Origin: Thermoproteus tenax Kra 1
Lineage (GTDB): Archaea; Thermoproteota; Thermoprotei; Thermoproteales; Thermoproteaceae
Direction: 5' to 3'
NCBI RefSeq assembly: GCF_000253055.1
Contig: NC_016070.1
Span: 1,590,001 to 1,622,000, forward strand
Length of the DNA: 32,000 nucleotides
In this document: in pieces, positions 8,221-17,910 of the stretch
Position numbering within the stretch: position 1 is the stretch's first letter
How the letters are laid out: the number at the start of each line of letters is the position of its first letter
Position numbers and translations under genes: made by a program
Notes under the pieces: model-generated
What the model was told of the DNA's origin: nothing
Seen by the model: the letters and a program-made list of their open reading frames with translations, nothing else
The model's database searches: none

Positions 8221-9399
8221 ATGACTTCCATGAAGAAAGTAGTAATCATAGGGGGCGGGATAGCGGGTATGACAGTAGCAAAGACGTTGATCGAGGGCAA
8301 AGCGAATGTGGAGATAACAGTGCTCAACTCTTCGCCGCACTACTTCTCGGGGCCTAGCAGGCCTCTGTTGCTCACGGGCGAGCAAAGCCTGGACAGAATA
8401 GTCAGAGGCTATGAGGAGGCCATGGTCCGCGGCGTTAGGGTTATAACTGGGACTGTGTTCTCGATAGACCCAGATAATAGAAAGGTGAAGTACGTTGGAG
8501 GATATGCCTCAAGCGGGGGAACGGGCGAGCTCGCCTACGACTATCTAGTGGTAGCGCCGGGCGTTGTGTTGGATGGCTCCAACATAGTGGGCTACGATAA
8601 ATACAGACACAAAGTGGCCAATGTCTACGACCCCGGCAGAGTGCATGTGTTGAAAAATAGAGTGTGGAGCGCGGAAAGAGGGCGCATTGTAGTCTATGCC
8701 CCCAAGGCGCCCTACCGTTGTGCGCCTGCGCCGACCGAGACGGCGCTGTTGATAGATGCTGTGCTCCGCAATAGGGGAGTTCGCAACAGGTTTGAGATTA
8801 TACATATAGATGCCAACGACAAGACTCAGCCGCCAGTTATAGCAGATGTAGTATCCCAGATCTACCAAAACCAGGGAATACAGCTGGTGACCAACCAAGA
8901 GATCGTCGAAATAACGGATACCGAGGTAGTGACTAAGTCTGGGGAGAGGTACAAATACGACATATTGGCCCTGTTAGAGCCTAACAGAGCCCCTAAGTTC
9001 ATCGAAGAGGCCGGCCTCGGCAAAGCCTTCGTAGACGTGAGGGGACCTCAAGATCTGAGACATCCAAAATACGACGACATACTTGCTGCGGGCGATGCAG
9101 CGGCTTTGCCGTTCCCCAAGAACCAGGAGATAGCCTTTGAGAGCGCTCTATTCGCCGCTAACAAGATACTCGAGATGGAGGGCTCCGCCTATAGGGCATC
9201 GGTCCAGTACGCCTTCGTTGGATGGGCTTACGTGGGCAACCCCGAGGGAAGGCTCGAGACCCTCTCGGTGAGATTCGGCCTGGACTTCACCAGCCAACCG
9301 CCGAAGCCGACCAAGGACCCACAACCTAAGAGAGAATATACGGCCGCCAAGGACTCTTGGGAGCAGAGCTATTTAGCCAACCTTTTCGGCTATAAGTAG
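8221..9399 (+). CDS. FAD-dependent oxidoreductase, sulfide:quinone reductase-like (paralog of the fragment at 2..460)
   Basis: N-terminal Rossmann motif [14 protein letters not shown] and an AAGDAA motif near the C-terminus. 392 aa. It has its own AT-rich promoter region with TATA CTTTAAAAATGG. Confidence 0.7.
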   Translation: MTSMKKVVIIGGGIAGMTVAKTLIEGKANVEITVLNSSPHYFSGPSRPLLLTGEQSLDRIVRGYEEAMVRGVRVITGTVFSIDPDNRKVKYVGGYASSGGTGELAYDYLVVAPGVVLDGSNIVGYDKYRHKVANVYDPGRVHVLKNRVWSAERGRIVVYAPKAPYRCAPAPTETALLIDAVLRNRGVRNRFEIIHIDANDKTQPPVIADVVSQIYQNQGIQLVTNQEIVEITDTEVVTKSGERYKYDILALLEPNRAPKFIEEAGLGKAFVDVRGPQDLRHPKYDDILAAGDAAALPFPKNQEIAFESALFAANKILEMEGSAYRASVQYAFVGWAYVGNPEGRLETLSVRFGLDFTSQPPKPTKDPQPKREYTAAKDSWEQSYLANLFGYK

Positions 9400-9553
9400 G
9401 ACTTTTCCCTCCACGATAGAGTATAGACAGCATCGCAAGGGCTCTTTTATGGCGTTCGAGCTTTCTCTGGACTCTGGCGCGATCTGCAGAAACGCCTCCC
9501 AGGCGACTGTTAGTTAAGGATAACGGCATAAATAGCGGCACTTTCTCTCCCTA

Positions 9554-10474
9554 GTGCACGGAGGCTCCTCTTGGGCTACGCCCAATCCTTTGGATTTCAG
9601 CGATAACCTCAACCCTTTGGGCCCTCCCCGGGCTCTGCTCGACCTAATCGCGGAGGCGGTGGAGAGGGGAGTCCACTTATGGTTCCCAGCACACTTGGCC
9701 GAAGAGACTCTATCTCAATACGAGGGCGTCGAAGTCACCGCGTTCAACGGGGCCACGGAGGCTCTGCTCGCCGTCCTCGTCTCGTTGAGGCCCAAGCGCT
9801 TGCTCCTTCCGTGGCCCACCTACGGCGATTACGAAAGGATCGGCCGCCATATAGGCGTTGACGTAGTGAAGGGCCCTCTATCCAGCTTAGTGGAGACGGC
9901 GGGCAACGGCGATGTCTTGATATTGTGTAACCCCAACAATCCTACCGGCAACCTAATGAGGCGCGACGAGCTCCTCGATCTGGACAGAGCCCTTAGGGCC
10001 CGGGGGGCCTACTTAGTCGTCGATGAGTCTTTCATCGACTTCGTTAAGGCCGAGAGCGCCGCGCCCGATGTACTCGTCGTTAAGTCCTATGGGAAGATAC
10101 TGGCCGTGCCCGGCCTAAGAATAGGCGCCGCGCTCGGCCGCATCAAGGGCGAGGTCAAGGCCCCCTGGCGCCTCAACTCGGTGGCCGACTACGCCCTATT
10201 TCATCTGGGCTCCGATGCGCTTAAACGACACAGAGAGGCCACTCGCGCCTATGTAGCCTCAGAGGCGCCTAGAGTTATGAGCCGGCTCGCCGCATGCGCC
10301 GAGGTTCACAGCTCAGCCCTCCACTTCTTTGTGGCGAAGCTCTCCGCCGAGCCCAGAGTTAAGGTTAGACCGCTCGACGATTTGGGTATGCGCGGATACT
10401 ACAGGATCTCTATAAAAGATAGGGAGAAGAACGAAGTCTTGATAAAATCGATATGCGCTGCCTCAGAGCGTTAG
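9554..10474 (+). CDS. cobD: L-threonine-O-3-phosphate decarboxylase (CobD; HisC-like class I/II aminotransferase fold)
   Basis: NPNNPTG and the PLP-lysine context SYGKILAVPGLRIG. GTG start with TATA CATAAATAG ~20 nt upstream. The functional call relies on cob-cluster context. Confidence 0.65.
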   Translation: MHGGSSWATPNPLDFSDNLNPLGPPRALLDLIAEAVERGVHLWFPAHLAEETLSQYEGVEVTAFNGATEALLAVLVSLRPKRLLLPWPTYGDYERIGRHIGVDVVKGPLSSLVETAGNGDVLILCNPNNPTGNLMRRDELLDLDRALRARGAYLVVDESFIDFVKAESAAPDVLVVKSYGKILAVPGLRIGAALGRIKGEVKAPWRLNSVADYALFHLGSDALKRHREATRAYVASEAPRVMSRLAACAEVHSSALHFFVAKLSAEPRVKVRPLDDLGMRGYYRISIKDREKNEVLIKSICAASER

Positions 10475-11103
10475 TGAGCTTCTTTACAATTTTCCCTGTC
10501 AAAGCTGAGCTGGACTTCTCTTGCGCTTGGGCTCTGCCCTACGTAGTTGCCCCTCTCACGGGCGGGCTTGCCGCCTTGGCATTTTTCTATTTAGGCCCTC
10601 TGCCCTCCTACCTCCTCCTACTCTTGCTCACGGGCCTCAATCACTTAGATGGGCTCGCCGATACGGCAGACGCCCTGATGGTGCGCGAGAGATCGAGGGC
10701 TAGGCAAGTTCTTGAAGATCCGAGGAGGGGCACTGCCGGCATCTTCGCAGTTGTGGCATCTGTGGCGTTGGCATTATTCTATCTTAAGAGCCCCTGGCAA
10801 CTGCTCTTCGCAGAGCTCTTCTCTAAGGCCGTCACAGTGATCCTAGCCTCGTTCTCCCGGCCATTCAAGGAGGGCCTCGGCTCGACCTTCATAGGCTCAG
10901 TGAAACGCAAGTGGCCTCTCGCTGTCCCCGCCCTCGCCGTAGTCTCCATTGAGTACCCGTGGGCCACTCTATGCTCCACGGCGCTTTCGTTGTTCTTCTA
11001 CTATATAGCGTATAAACACTTGGGCGGCGCAAACGGAGATGTGCTCGGCTATCTGTTGGAGCTGAGCAGAGTGTTCTTTATAGTCTCTAGCGCTCGACTT
11101 TAG
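10453..11103 (+). CDS. cobS: Adenosylcobinamide-GDP ribazoletransferase (cobalamin synthase)
   Basis: Polytopic membrane protein with the FFTIFPV and LNHLDGLADTADAL motifs of CobS/CobV. It overlaps the cobD end. Confidence 0.85.
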   Translation: MRCLRALVSFFTIFPVKAELDFSCAWALPYVVAPLTGGLAALAFFYLGPLPSYLLLLLLTGLNHLDGLADTADALMVRERSRARQVLEDPRRGTAGIFAVVASVALALFYLKSPWQLLFAELFSKAVTVILASFSRPFKEGLGSTFIGSVKRKWPLAVPALAVVSIEYPWATLCSTALSLFFYYIAYKHLGGANGDVLGYLLELSRVFFIVSSARL

Positions 11104-11386
11104 CTATCTTGCCCTCTATGGTCAACTCTTGGTCCATCCTTCTGTCTATCTTTATAATATAGTCTAGACGTTTGACGCCCATGGCCTCAAGCCTGGCCTC
11201 GATTCTCTTGAGTATCTCGGCCAACGTAGCGTAGTCGTCCAGCTCTATGTCGGTGAACCCCGCCGCGGTCCTGTACTTAACGCCGAGCTCCCTTAGGACC
11301 TCGGTCGCCGCCCTGACGTAGGACGAGAGGTGCGTCGAGCCGGTCCCCAGAGGCGTCACTGATAGGCTCACTACCATCTTGGCCAT
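11087..11386 (-). CDS. MTH1187/YkoF-like (DUF77/UPF0045) small protein
   Basis: Only the last 100 codons of the 264-aa track ORF look protein-like (MAKMVVSLSVTPLGTGSTHLSSYV...IKIDRR). The upstream part is antisense to 11457..11912. Confidence 0.65.
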   Translation of the reverse strand: MAKMVVSLSVTPLGTGSTHLSSYVRAATEVLRELGVKYRTAAGFTDIELDDYATLAEILKRIEARLEAMGVKRLDYIIKIDRRMDQELTIEGKIAKVER

Positions 11387-11456
11387 GTGATGAGAATAGT
11401 CCCCCTTTTTAGCGTTTATCCTCTCTAAAAATTTAAATAGATAAATAATTACTATT

Positions 11457-11912
11457 ATGAGCTGGAGACCTGTAGAAAACATAGAAAGGGACCTTGAAAA
11501 AGCGGAGGAAAACTCTGCATTGTACGGCGGAATATTAGTGAAAGGCGGCAACGTTGTTGAGATAAGTACGGGCGTCATAATTGCGGCGAGGTTCGCCGAC
11601 AAGCTACGCAGAGCCGCCTTTGCCGCGTTCAAAAATATGGTGAAACAAGAGGAGATACTGAAGTCTGTGGCGGATCTTAACAGGTCGTTATACGAAAAGC
11701 TAGTGGCAATGGGCATAGGGAAGCTCGACATAATCAGGATATCGGTCGAGGCAAAGGTCGAGGACGGCAGACTGACCTTCGGAGAGCCCCGCGTTGAACA
11801 CTTCGTGCCCAGCACTAGGGTGAAGGAGCTCCAAGACCAACTCGAGAGCTGTAAGGCTCTGTTGCAAGGCTTGAAGAGCAAGTTAGAGGACGTCCTAAAG
11901 GAGCTGGCCTAA
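11457..11912 (+). CDS. Conserved-looking hypothetical protein with a C-terminal coiled coil
   Basis: 151 aa with balanced K/E-rich composition. TATA TTTAAATAG lies ~25 nt upstream of the ATG (leaderless). It is divergent from the DUF77 gene. Confidence 0.5.
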   Translation: MSWRPVENIERDLEKAEENSALYGGILVKGGNVVEISTGVIIAARFADKLRRAAFAAFKNMVKQEEILKSVADLNRSLYEKLVAMGIGKLDIIRISVEAKVEDGRLTFGEPRVEHFVPSTRVKELQDQLESCKALLQGLKSKLEDVLKELA

Positions 11913-12631
11913 CAGCTTCGCAGAGCCTCTCTGAACTCTCTGGCTAGAGATGGGTTTTTCATCAACGCCGTGCCGATGAGAACGCCGCGTGCCCCCTTCC
12001 TGCACACGGCTCTCACTTGATGCGGCTCTGTTATTCCGCTCTCTACGATGAAGTCGGCCTTGCCCCGCACCCTCTCGGCGATCTCAAGAGCTCTCTCTAA
12101 TGAGACAGCCAAAGTGTTGAGGTCCCTCGAGTTTATTCCCAAGAGCACGTCGCCCAACTCTACGGCCTCTAGGGCCTCTTGAACTGACCCCACCTCAACC
12201 AACGGCGTAAGGCCGCGCGACTTTGTATATCCATAGAGCTCTGCTGTTCTCTCTCCCGCGAATTTATATATTATCAGAACTGCGTCTGCGCCGTAGCCGT
12301 AGGCCACGTCTATCTGCTCCCGATAGGCCACGAAGTCCTTGGCCAACACGGGCCTTAAGCTCTTAGCCAAGTGCACAAAGCGCCAGTCACCCAAAAACCA
12401 GAACGGCTCAGTTAACACTGAGAACGCTTGGACATATTGGGCCACTGAGCTGAAGTACTCCCACGGAGGTAGATCTAATCTGACGATGCCCGTGGGAGAT
12501 GCCCGTTTGTACTCGGCTATTATCCCGAAGTCTCCCAACGCCTTCCGGAAGTCTTGTACAGGCACCTCCCTTTCCACAATCCTCTCGCGCCTATACTTCA
12601 ACGAATCTCTGACCTTCTCCAAAAAACTCAT
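11909..12631 (-). CDS. trpC: Indole-3-glycerol-phosphate synthase
   Basis: [37 protein letters not shown] and ESGI motifs in the canonical order. Confidence 0.9.
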   Translation of the reverse strand: MSFLEKVRDSLKYRRERIVEREVPVQDFRKALGDFGIIAEYKRASPTGIVRLDLPPWEYFSSVAQYVQAFSVLTEPFWFLGDWRFVHLAKSLRPVLAKDFVAYREQIDVAYGYGADAVLIIYKFAGERTAELYGYTKSRGLTPLVEVGSVQEALEAVELGDVLLGINSRDLNTLAVSLERALEIAERVRGKADFIVESGITEPHQVRAVCRKGARGVLIGTALMKNPSLAREFREALRSC

Positions 12632-13206
12632 ATCTTGTCCAAGAAGTTCTTGATAATTTGTCTTCCGTAATCTGTCCCCACAGACTCTGGATGGAACTGT
12701 ACCCCGAACGTCTTGTACTCTACATGGCGCAAGCCCATTATCTCTCCATCGTCCAAGGACACGGCCTCCACAACTAGGGAACTAGGCACCTCGTCCACCA
12801 CGAGGCTGTGGTACCTCATGCCGTAGAACACTTCGGGCACTCCGTCGTAGAGCGCTCCTCCCATATGTTTTATCGGGCTCCTCTTTCCGTGTTTTATTGT
12901 CCTCGCATGCCTTATCCTTCCTCCGAACACCGAGCCTATTATCTGATGCCCTAGACATACCCCCAATATGGGAATTCTGGGCGCATATCTCTTGACAACC
13001 TCTCTGGATATCCCCACATCCCGCGGGTTCTCCGGATGTCCAGGGCCCGGCGAGATTATTATGCGGTCAGGCCTTATCCTCTCTATTGCCGATATTGTTA
13101 TCTCGTCGTTGCGGAGCACTATGGGCCGCGAGCCCAGCTCGCCTACGTACTGGGCTATATTGTAAGTGAATGAGTCGTAGTTGTCTATGATGAGCGTTAC
13201 GTCCAT
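12628..13206 (-). CDS. trpG: Anthranilate synthase component II (glutamine amidotransferase)
   Basis: GVCLGHQ nucleophile elbow and FHPES triad. 192 aa. 4-nt overlap with trpC. Confidence 0.9.
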   Translation of the reverse strand: MDVTLIIDNYDSFTYNIAQYVGELGSRPIVLRNDEITISAIERIRPDRIIISPGPGHPENPRDVGISREVVKRYAPRIPILGVCLGHQIIGSVFGGRIRHARTIKHGKRSPIKHMGGALYDGVPEVFYGMRYHSLVVDEVPSSLVVEAVSLDDGEIMGLRHVEYKTFGVQFHPESVGTDYGRQIIKNFLDKI

Positions 13207-14456
13207 ATCGCCTTCAAATGGGCCATCTTGTATTCAGTCTCTCTGAGCTCCCTCTCGGGCGTCGAGTCGTAGACTACTCCTGCGCCGGCCTGTATCTTTG
13301 CCTCGTTCCCTTTCACTATCAGCGTCCTGATAACTATGGCGAGCTCCCCGCCGGAAGGCGCCATCACACCGAACCCGCCCGCGTAGGGACCTCTGGGCCT
13401 ATCCTCCAGCTCTCCTATTATCTCCATAGCTCTCACCTTCGGCGCGCCCGATACAGTGCCCGCAGGATGTAGAGCCCATATGCCGTCAACTATGTTGTAC
13501 TTCGGCTCGAGCACCCCCGATACTCTGGAGACCAGATGTTGTACGTGGCTGTATTTCTCTATCGCGAGCAATTCGTTGACCTTAACAGTCCCGAATCTGC
13601 TTATCTTCCCTACATCGTTTCTAGCTAAATCTACTAGCATCATGTGCTCTGCCAGCTCCTTCTCGTCCGACAACATGTCCTCCTCAAGCTTGAGATCCTC
13701 GCGCTCAGTAGAGCCTCTGGGCCTCGTTCCTGCTATGGGGTGCGTCTCCACTATGTCGCCCTGCACCTTAACTAGAAGCTCCGGAGACGTCCCTATGAGC
13801 GCCATATCGTCTAACGCGAAGAAGTACATATACGGCGATGGATTAAGCGTCGCCAGCCTTTCATAGGCATTGAATAGGTTGCCAGATATCTCGAAGACCT
13901 CGCTTCTTGAAAGAACCACTTGGAAGATCTCACCGTCCTTAATACGCCGTAGCGCCTCGGCGACGCTCCTCTTGAAGTATTCGTCATCCGTTCTATACAA
14001 CGTTCTCCCCTGTCTGAGAGGCCTTCCCTCGCTCTGCATAGATATAGCCGGCGTTCTGCCTACCACATACGCCCTTTTGAGCAAGTTGTCGTAGATAACA
14101 ACGTTCTCGGGCACAACGAAGACGCCGAGAGGAAATGCGTTATCCGTCTTGATCTTGCCCGTTAAGCTCGGCTCGATCTCCACAACGACGTCGTAGGCGA
14201 CGAACCCTATTGCTAGATCGCCGCCGAAGGGTCCCTCGTATCTCTGTAGACCCCTATAGAGCCTTTGTAGCTCATCGTAAACGCGGGAAGATGCCCTGAC
14301 CTCCTCCCTGATGCCCCATGCTACAATTGTATAACGTGCTCTATCAGGAAAGCCAGGACCTGATTCCAACAATGCAACAAATTCCTCGCCAGATATATAG
14401 AGAGATTTCGCAAGAGATCTAGGGCTAGGCAATTCCGAGAGCGGGACCTTTACCAC
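13197..14456 (-). CDS. trpE: Anthranilate synthase component I
   Basis: Chorismate-binding C-terminal motifs ([22 protein letters not shown]). 419 aa. It overlaps the trpG start. Confidence 0.9.
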   Translation of the reverse strand: MVKVPLSELPSPRSLAKSLYISGEEFVALLESGPGFPDRARYTIVAWGIREEVRASSRVYDELQRLYRGLQRYEGPFGGDLAIGFVAYDVVVEIEPSLTGKIKTDNAFPLGVFVVPENVVIYDNLLKRAYVVGRTPAISMQSEGRPLRQGRTLYRTDDEYFKRSVAEALRRIKDGEIFQVVLSRSEVFEISGNLFNAYERLATLNPSPYMYFFALDDMALIGTSPELLVKVQGDIVETHPIAGTRPRGSTEREDLKLEEDMLSDEKELAEHMMLVDLARNDVGKISRFGTVKVNELLAIEKYSHVQHLVSRVSGVLEPKYNIVDGIWALHPAGTVSGAPKVRAMEIIGELEDRPRGPYAGGFGVMAPSGGELAIVIRTLIVKGNEAKIQAGAGVVYDSTPERELRETEYKMAHLKAIWT

Positions 14457-14501
14457 CCCGACGCCATCTACACTTATAATTCTCCGCTTTTTAAGTTTTC
14501 A

Positions 14502-14792
14502 GTGATAGCGCTATTGACTACTCTGGGCGGAAAAGAGAGGAGCGTCGCCCAAGACCTCTGCGACTGTCTCTATGGAAACGGCGATACACAAGTTCGATGC
14601 GAGCCGATCTACCCAGGGGTCCTCTTCGTGGAGTTCCAGAGGAGGGAGACTCTGGAGCTTTGTCTCTCCATGAAGTATTTTAGAGTATTAGTCAGGCGTA
14701 TCGAGATCTACGAGAAGGTCGTCAGATCGACCGAGACGCCTCCAGGAGCTAAGAAGGTGGGCGATTACATCTTTCTAGGTCGGTATATATAG
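14502..14792 (+). CDS. Hypothetical small protein
   Basis: 96-aa ORF with a GTG start and no family recognised. Its 3' end overlaps the convergent methyltransferase gene by 28 nt. Confidence 0.35.
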   Translation: MIALLTTLGGKERSVAQDLCDCLYGNGDTQVRCEPIYPGVLFVEFQRRETLELCLSMKYFRVLVRRIEIYEKVVRSTETPPGAKKVGDYIFLGRYI

Positions 14793-15352
14793 AGTTTGAC
14801 GTCGTCGAACTTCGCGACTAACTCCATATTGGGCACCTCCCAATAGTAGGATATGACCAGCGCATCCCTCCGTAGCTCTCTGTTGAACTTCTCAGCAAGT
14901 CTCTCGTTGACAGAGGGCCACTGAAAGATGTATACTATATCGGCGTCCTCAAGAGGCACATTGAACATATCGCCCCGAATCACCGTACAGCCTGGGCATC
15001 TGAGCTTACATATTAGAGCTCTGATGGGATCTATCTCGACGCCCACTGCCCGCGCGCCCGATCTATATGCGGCCACCAACACCGAGCCGTAGCCACAACC
15101 TAACTCGTACAATGTCTTCCCCCTTACGTTGATGGCCTTAAACGCAACCTCCACAGCCCTCCGAGCAGATTTGCCGTAGCCGGCGCCCTTGCCAGTAATG
15201 TGTGGCCAGAGTAAGTGTAAAGATAACACAAGCGCGAGTAACAGCGCTATTGCGTAGAACACTTTCTCACGAGGAGTTCGCCGTTCTTGAGCGATATAAT
15301 TGTCACACACTCGCCCACTTCCGCCGTGCAGCCATCGCAGACAGCGCGCCAA
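14765..15352 (-). CDS. Class I SAM-dependent methyltransferase with an N-terminal membrane anchor
   Basis: Motif I LYELGCGYG followed by VGVEID. The track start overlaps the upstream ORF by ~100 nt, so the true start is probably internal (GTG ~15262, VFYAIALLL). Confidence 0.7.
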   Translation of the reverse strand: MARCLRWLHGGSGRVCDNYIAQERRTPREKVFYAIALLLALVLSLHLLWPHITGKGAGYGKSARRAVEVAFKAINVRGKTLYELGCGYGSVLVAAYRSGARAVGVEIDPIRALICKLRCPGCTVIRGDMFNVPLEDADIVYIFQWPSVNERLAEKFNRELRRDALVISYYWEVPNMELVAKFDDVKLYIYRPRKM

Positions 15353-15627
15353 AGCTCGCCGTCTACTTTAACAATCCCGTAGGGTCTCAGCGGCTCAACT
15401 ACAGTTGCCCTCTCTCCCACAGGTATCGGGGATCTAACCAGTGGCTTCCTGAAGGTGAGCCGCGCGTAAAGAACGTAGGAGTACAGACCTATTAACGCCA
15501 GAGATGCCGGCACCCCCAAGAGGGGCGGGATGTAGCCGGCCACCGATAGCGCTATAAGTAAGACGCCGGCTATTAACAGAACCAAAGAGGAGATGTGGAG
15601 GACCCCTCTGAGATCGTGCTCAGACAT
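15247..15627 (-). CDS. NfeD-like membrane protein (two TM helices plus a C-terminal OB-like domain)
   Basis: Hydrophobic N-terminal half, then GIVKVDGELWRA...GECVTI, typical of the NfeD C-terminal domain. The ATG lies 1 nt after the end of repeat element B. Confidence 0.65.
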   Translation of the reverse strand: MSEHDLRGVLHISSLVLLIAGVLLIALSVAGYIPPLLGVPASLALIGLYSYVLYARLTFRKPLVRSPIPVGERATVVEPLRPYGIVKVDGELWRAVCDGCTAEVGECVTIISLKNGELLVRKCSTQ

Positions 15628-15628
15628 A

Positions 15629-15878
15629 ACGAGCCCCTCTCCGCCTTAGGCGGGGTCTGTGCTGTGGGAGTCTCGCCCGTTGCTCCTCGCCGGGACTAAT
15701 GGGCCGCTCCTGGCGAGCATCACGGCGGGGCGTCCCCTCGCCTGGGCCCTCGGCCGTTGACCCGCCCTCGCTGTATTGAACGCGCCACTGTTCAAATCTT
15801 TCTTCACTAACTCTGCCATGAGAGGATATAGATGCCGACTTAAATTCATCCCCGCCTTGAGGGATATGGCTTGTTGTT
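15629..15878 (-). mobile_element. Element B: protein-less, hairpin-bounded GC-rich element related to the IS200/IS605-type element at 26907..28251
   Basis: Read on the minus strand: degenerate left-end hairpin (CCCTCAAGGCGGGG), TTTAAG..ATCTATAT, a 15-nt block CAGAGTTAGTGAAGA identical to element C, GCAACGGGCGAGACTCCCAC (15664-15683), and right-end hairpin 15639-15655 followed by GGGGCTCGT. It is collinear with element A over its whole length. Confidence 0.55.
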
Positions 15879-15933
15879 CCCACATGTCGGTGGGGACATG
15901 GGCAAGGAGGGGCCACAAAGGGGTCAAACGGGG

Positions 15934-16347
15934 TCATGTAAGTCTCTTAAGCGCAAAGTTGGTTATAAGCCAAGGGTCGAAATCTCTCTCGGGATAGTAG
16001 GGGAGCCCTCGCGGCAGCGATTTCAAGGCCTTCTCTACCTCCTCCCTCTTTCCGTAGACTGCCACAACATATTCGCTGAGTCCCAACGGCGAGGTGGTAG
16101 CCACCGCGCTCTCTATTGAATCTTGTTGAGTCAAGTACATTAACGCAGATATACGGCTGTCTCTGGCCGGACCCTTCAGCGCATAGGCATACACAAGGGC
16201 TTGGAGCAGATATCTCCAGTCTCTGACGGCCTCGGGCCTCACCGCTATCGCCAACGCGCCGCTTCCCAAAGATGCCAAGATCTCCTTAGTCAAAGGCTCC
16301 GAGCTGACCAGGATCACCTCTATACACATATCGTTGCTACAAATCAC
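15934..16347 (-). CDS. Possible KEOPS subunit Cgi121-like protein
   Basis: 137 aa. The pattern VRPEAV..LLQALVYAYA...ARD..ISALMYLTQQDSIESAV...VVAVYG resembles the Cgi121 core. GTG start with TATA AATATAAAGG ~24 nt upstream. Confidence 0.4.
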   Translation of the reverse strand: MICSNDMCIEVILVSSEPLTKEILASLGSGALAIAVRPEAVRDWRYLLQALVYAYALKGPARDSRISALMYLTQQDSIESAVATTSPLGLSEYVVAVYGKREEVEKALKSLPRGLPYYPERDFDPWLITNFALKRLT

Positions 16348-16465
16348 GCGATTGTGGGACTAATCCCTTTATATTCTTAGAGTTAACCGAAACTTTTCAT
16401 TTACTGATTAATAGAAAGCACGTGGTTATCTGAAAATTTTATTAATCCTAGCAGGTAGAGGTCAT

Positions 16466-17623
16466 ATGAAGATTATCCTTAGGGAGGAGGTCTTCAACCC
16501 CGACTATGTGCCGCCCTCGTTGCCTCACCGCGAAGAGCAGATGAGGCAACTCCTCGCATATATGCGGAACTTTATAGAGAGCCCCGGCTCTTTCTATCCA
16601 CGCGTCGTTTTAGTGGGCAGACAGGGGAGTGGAAAGACGGTCACCTTGAGATCCTTCGGCAAATCCCTCAAACCCCCCGTCAAATTCGCCCACGTCTCCT
16701 GTTTCACCAACAGGACCTTCACGACAATAATCTACAGTCTGGCGCAACAACTGGGCATAGCTGTGCCCAAACGGGGCTTGGGCAGAGACGAACTTGTCAA
16801 TGTCTTTCTCGACCAAATTAAGGAGAAGGATATATATGCTATCATTGCGCTTGATGATGTCTTCAACTTGACGCCAGATATAATCTCAGTCTTCATACGT
16901 ATGGGGTTGGAGACGGACAAAATGGGCGCACACAGGATCGGGCTGGCCTTGGTGAGCCACACGCCCGACTTCATAGACGCCCTCGACCCCTCCACGCGCG
17001 GCATATTGGGAAAACCGCTGGTGAGGTTTCCGCCGTATACTAAGGAGCAGATATTCGACATATTGAAACAGAGGGCTGAGATGGCGCTGGCGCGCGGCTC
17101 CTACGATGAGGAGATACTCTATATGATAGCCGACATTACGGGCGCAGAGGAGGGGCAAAACAACAGGGGCGATGCCAGGTTGGCCCTAGATATATTGTAT
17201 CGTGCCGCCAACGGGGCTGAGGAGGAGGGCTTGAGCCGTATCACTGCCGAACACGTGCGTCGGGCCAGCAAGGAAGTGCTCGTGGGCGTCTCCTCGGACG
17301 TCTTACAAGGCCTTCCTCTACACGCTAAGCTGCTGCTCCTGGCCATAGTCAGAGCTCTTAAGAGGGGCAAGCCCTATGTGACCTTCGGCGAAGTCGAGGA
17401 TATGTACAAGATATTATGCGAGGAGTTCGGCCAGAGGCCCAGAGCCCACAGCCAGCTGTGGACGTATCTAAACGAGCTAAAGAGCAAGGGGATAGTCGAG
17501 ACTAGGCCCAATAAGCGCGGTGAAGGCCTGCGGGGACGCACGACTTTGATATCGATAGGCACAGAGCCTCTCGATGCCTTGGAGAGGACTATCTCGGCAA
17601 TGGCTATGAACGAGCTCAGATGA
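16466..17623 (+). CDS. orc1/cdc6: Orc1/Cdc6 replication initiator
   Basis: Walker A GRQGSGKT, Walker B IIALDDV, AAA+ lid and C-terminal winged helix. 385 aa. Confidence 0.9.
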   Translation: MKIILREEVFNPDYVPPSLPHREEQMRQLLAYMRNFIESPGSFYPRVVLVGRQGSGKTVTLRSFGKSLKPPVKFAHVSCFTNRTFTTIIYSLAQQLGIAVPKRGLGRDELVNVFLDQIKEKDIYAIIALDDVFNLTPDIISVFIRMGLETDKMGAHRIGLALVSHTPDFIDALDPSTRGILGKPLVRFPPYTKEQIFDILKQRAEMALARGSYDEEILYMIADITGAEEGQNNRGDARLALDILYRAANGAEEEGLSRITAEHVRRASKEVLVGVSSDVLQGLPLHAKLLLLAIVRALKRGKPYVTFGEVEDMYKILCEEFGQRPRAHSQLWTYLNELKSKGIVETRPNKRGEGLRGRTTLISIGTEPLDALERTISAMAMNELR

Positions 17624-17910
17624 CCGATGCAGATTTCGTGTTGGGGGCAAAAACTAGGATCAAGATAATACGCGAGCTATATAAATTGGCCGAGACCAAC
17701 ACCACCGATCTAGCGCGCAGGCTCGGCTTGAGCTACAACCAGTTGGAGGTACACTTGAGGATACTTAGGGAGGCTGGGATAATAGAGGAACACAGGATCG
17801 GGAGAGTCCGGTTGGTCTCTCTGAGGAGGGAGCCCGAGGTGTTGGAGCTGGCCAAGGCCATATCTAATCTGGCGCAGCTGTTAGAGCGCACCAAAAAGGC
17901 TAGCTCCTAG
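17620..17910 (+). CDS. ArsR-type winged-helix transcription regulator
   Basis: 96 aa. RIKIIRELYK..TTDLARRLGLSYNQLEVHLRILREAGII is a typical wHTH. The start overlaps the orc1 stop (ATGA). Confidence 0.65.
   Translation: MTDADFVLGAKTRIKIIRELYKLAETNTTDLARRLGLSYNQLEVHLRILREAGIIEEHRIGRVRLVSLRREPEVLELAKAISNLAQLLERTKKASS

Noticed and set aside
11387-11881. 5' two-thirds of the 264-aa minus-strand track ORF 11087..11881
   Set aside because: It is low-complexity and S/L/F-rich, and entirely antisense to the well-formed plus-strand gene 11457..11912. Only the last 100 codons (from the Met at 11386) resemble a known fold (DUF77).
13186-13246. C/D box sRNA candidates (AUGAUGA here; other UGAUGA hits at ~587, 6766, 11386, 16853, 20581, 21590, 22891)
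   Set aside because: None has D', C' and D boxes (CUGA) at the canonical 12-nt guide spacing or a terminal stem. All lie inside or antisense to coding sequence.
15620-15937. Track ORFs 15620..15937 and 15646..15927 (minus) and 15776..15997 / 15871..16119 (plus)
   Set aside because: R/P/G/A-rich translations typical of GC-rich structured DNA. They lie inside repeat element B, and the frames are not conserved between elements A, B and C (A has a stop after 4 codons).
16348-16465. Replication origin directly upstream of orc1/cdc6
   Set aside because: The spacer is only 118 bp. I could not find repeated ORB or mini-ORB-like elements (only a CACGTG and a 4-bp hairpin). The sequence is fully explained by two divergent TATA boxes.
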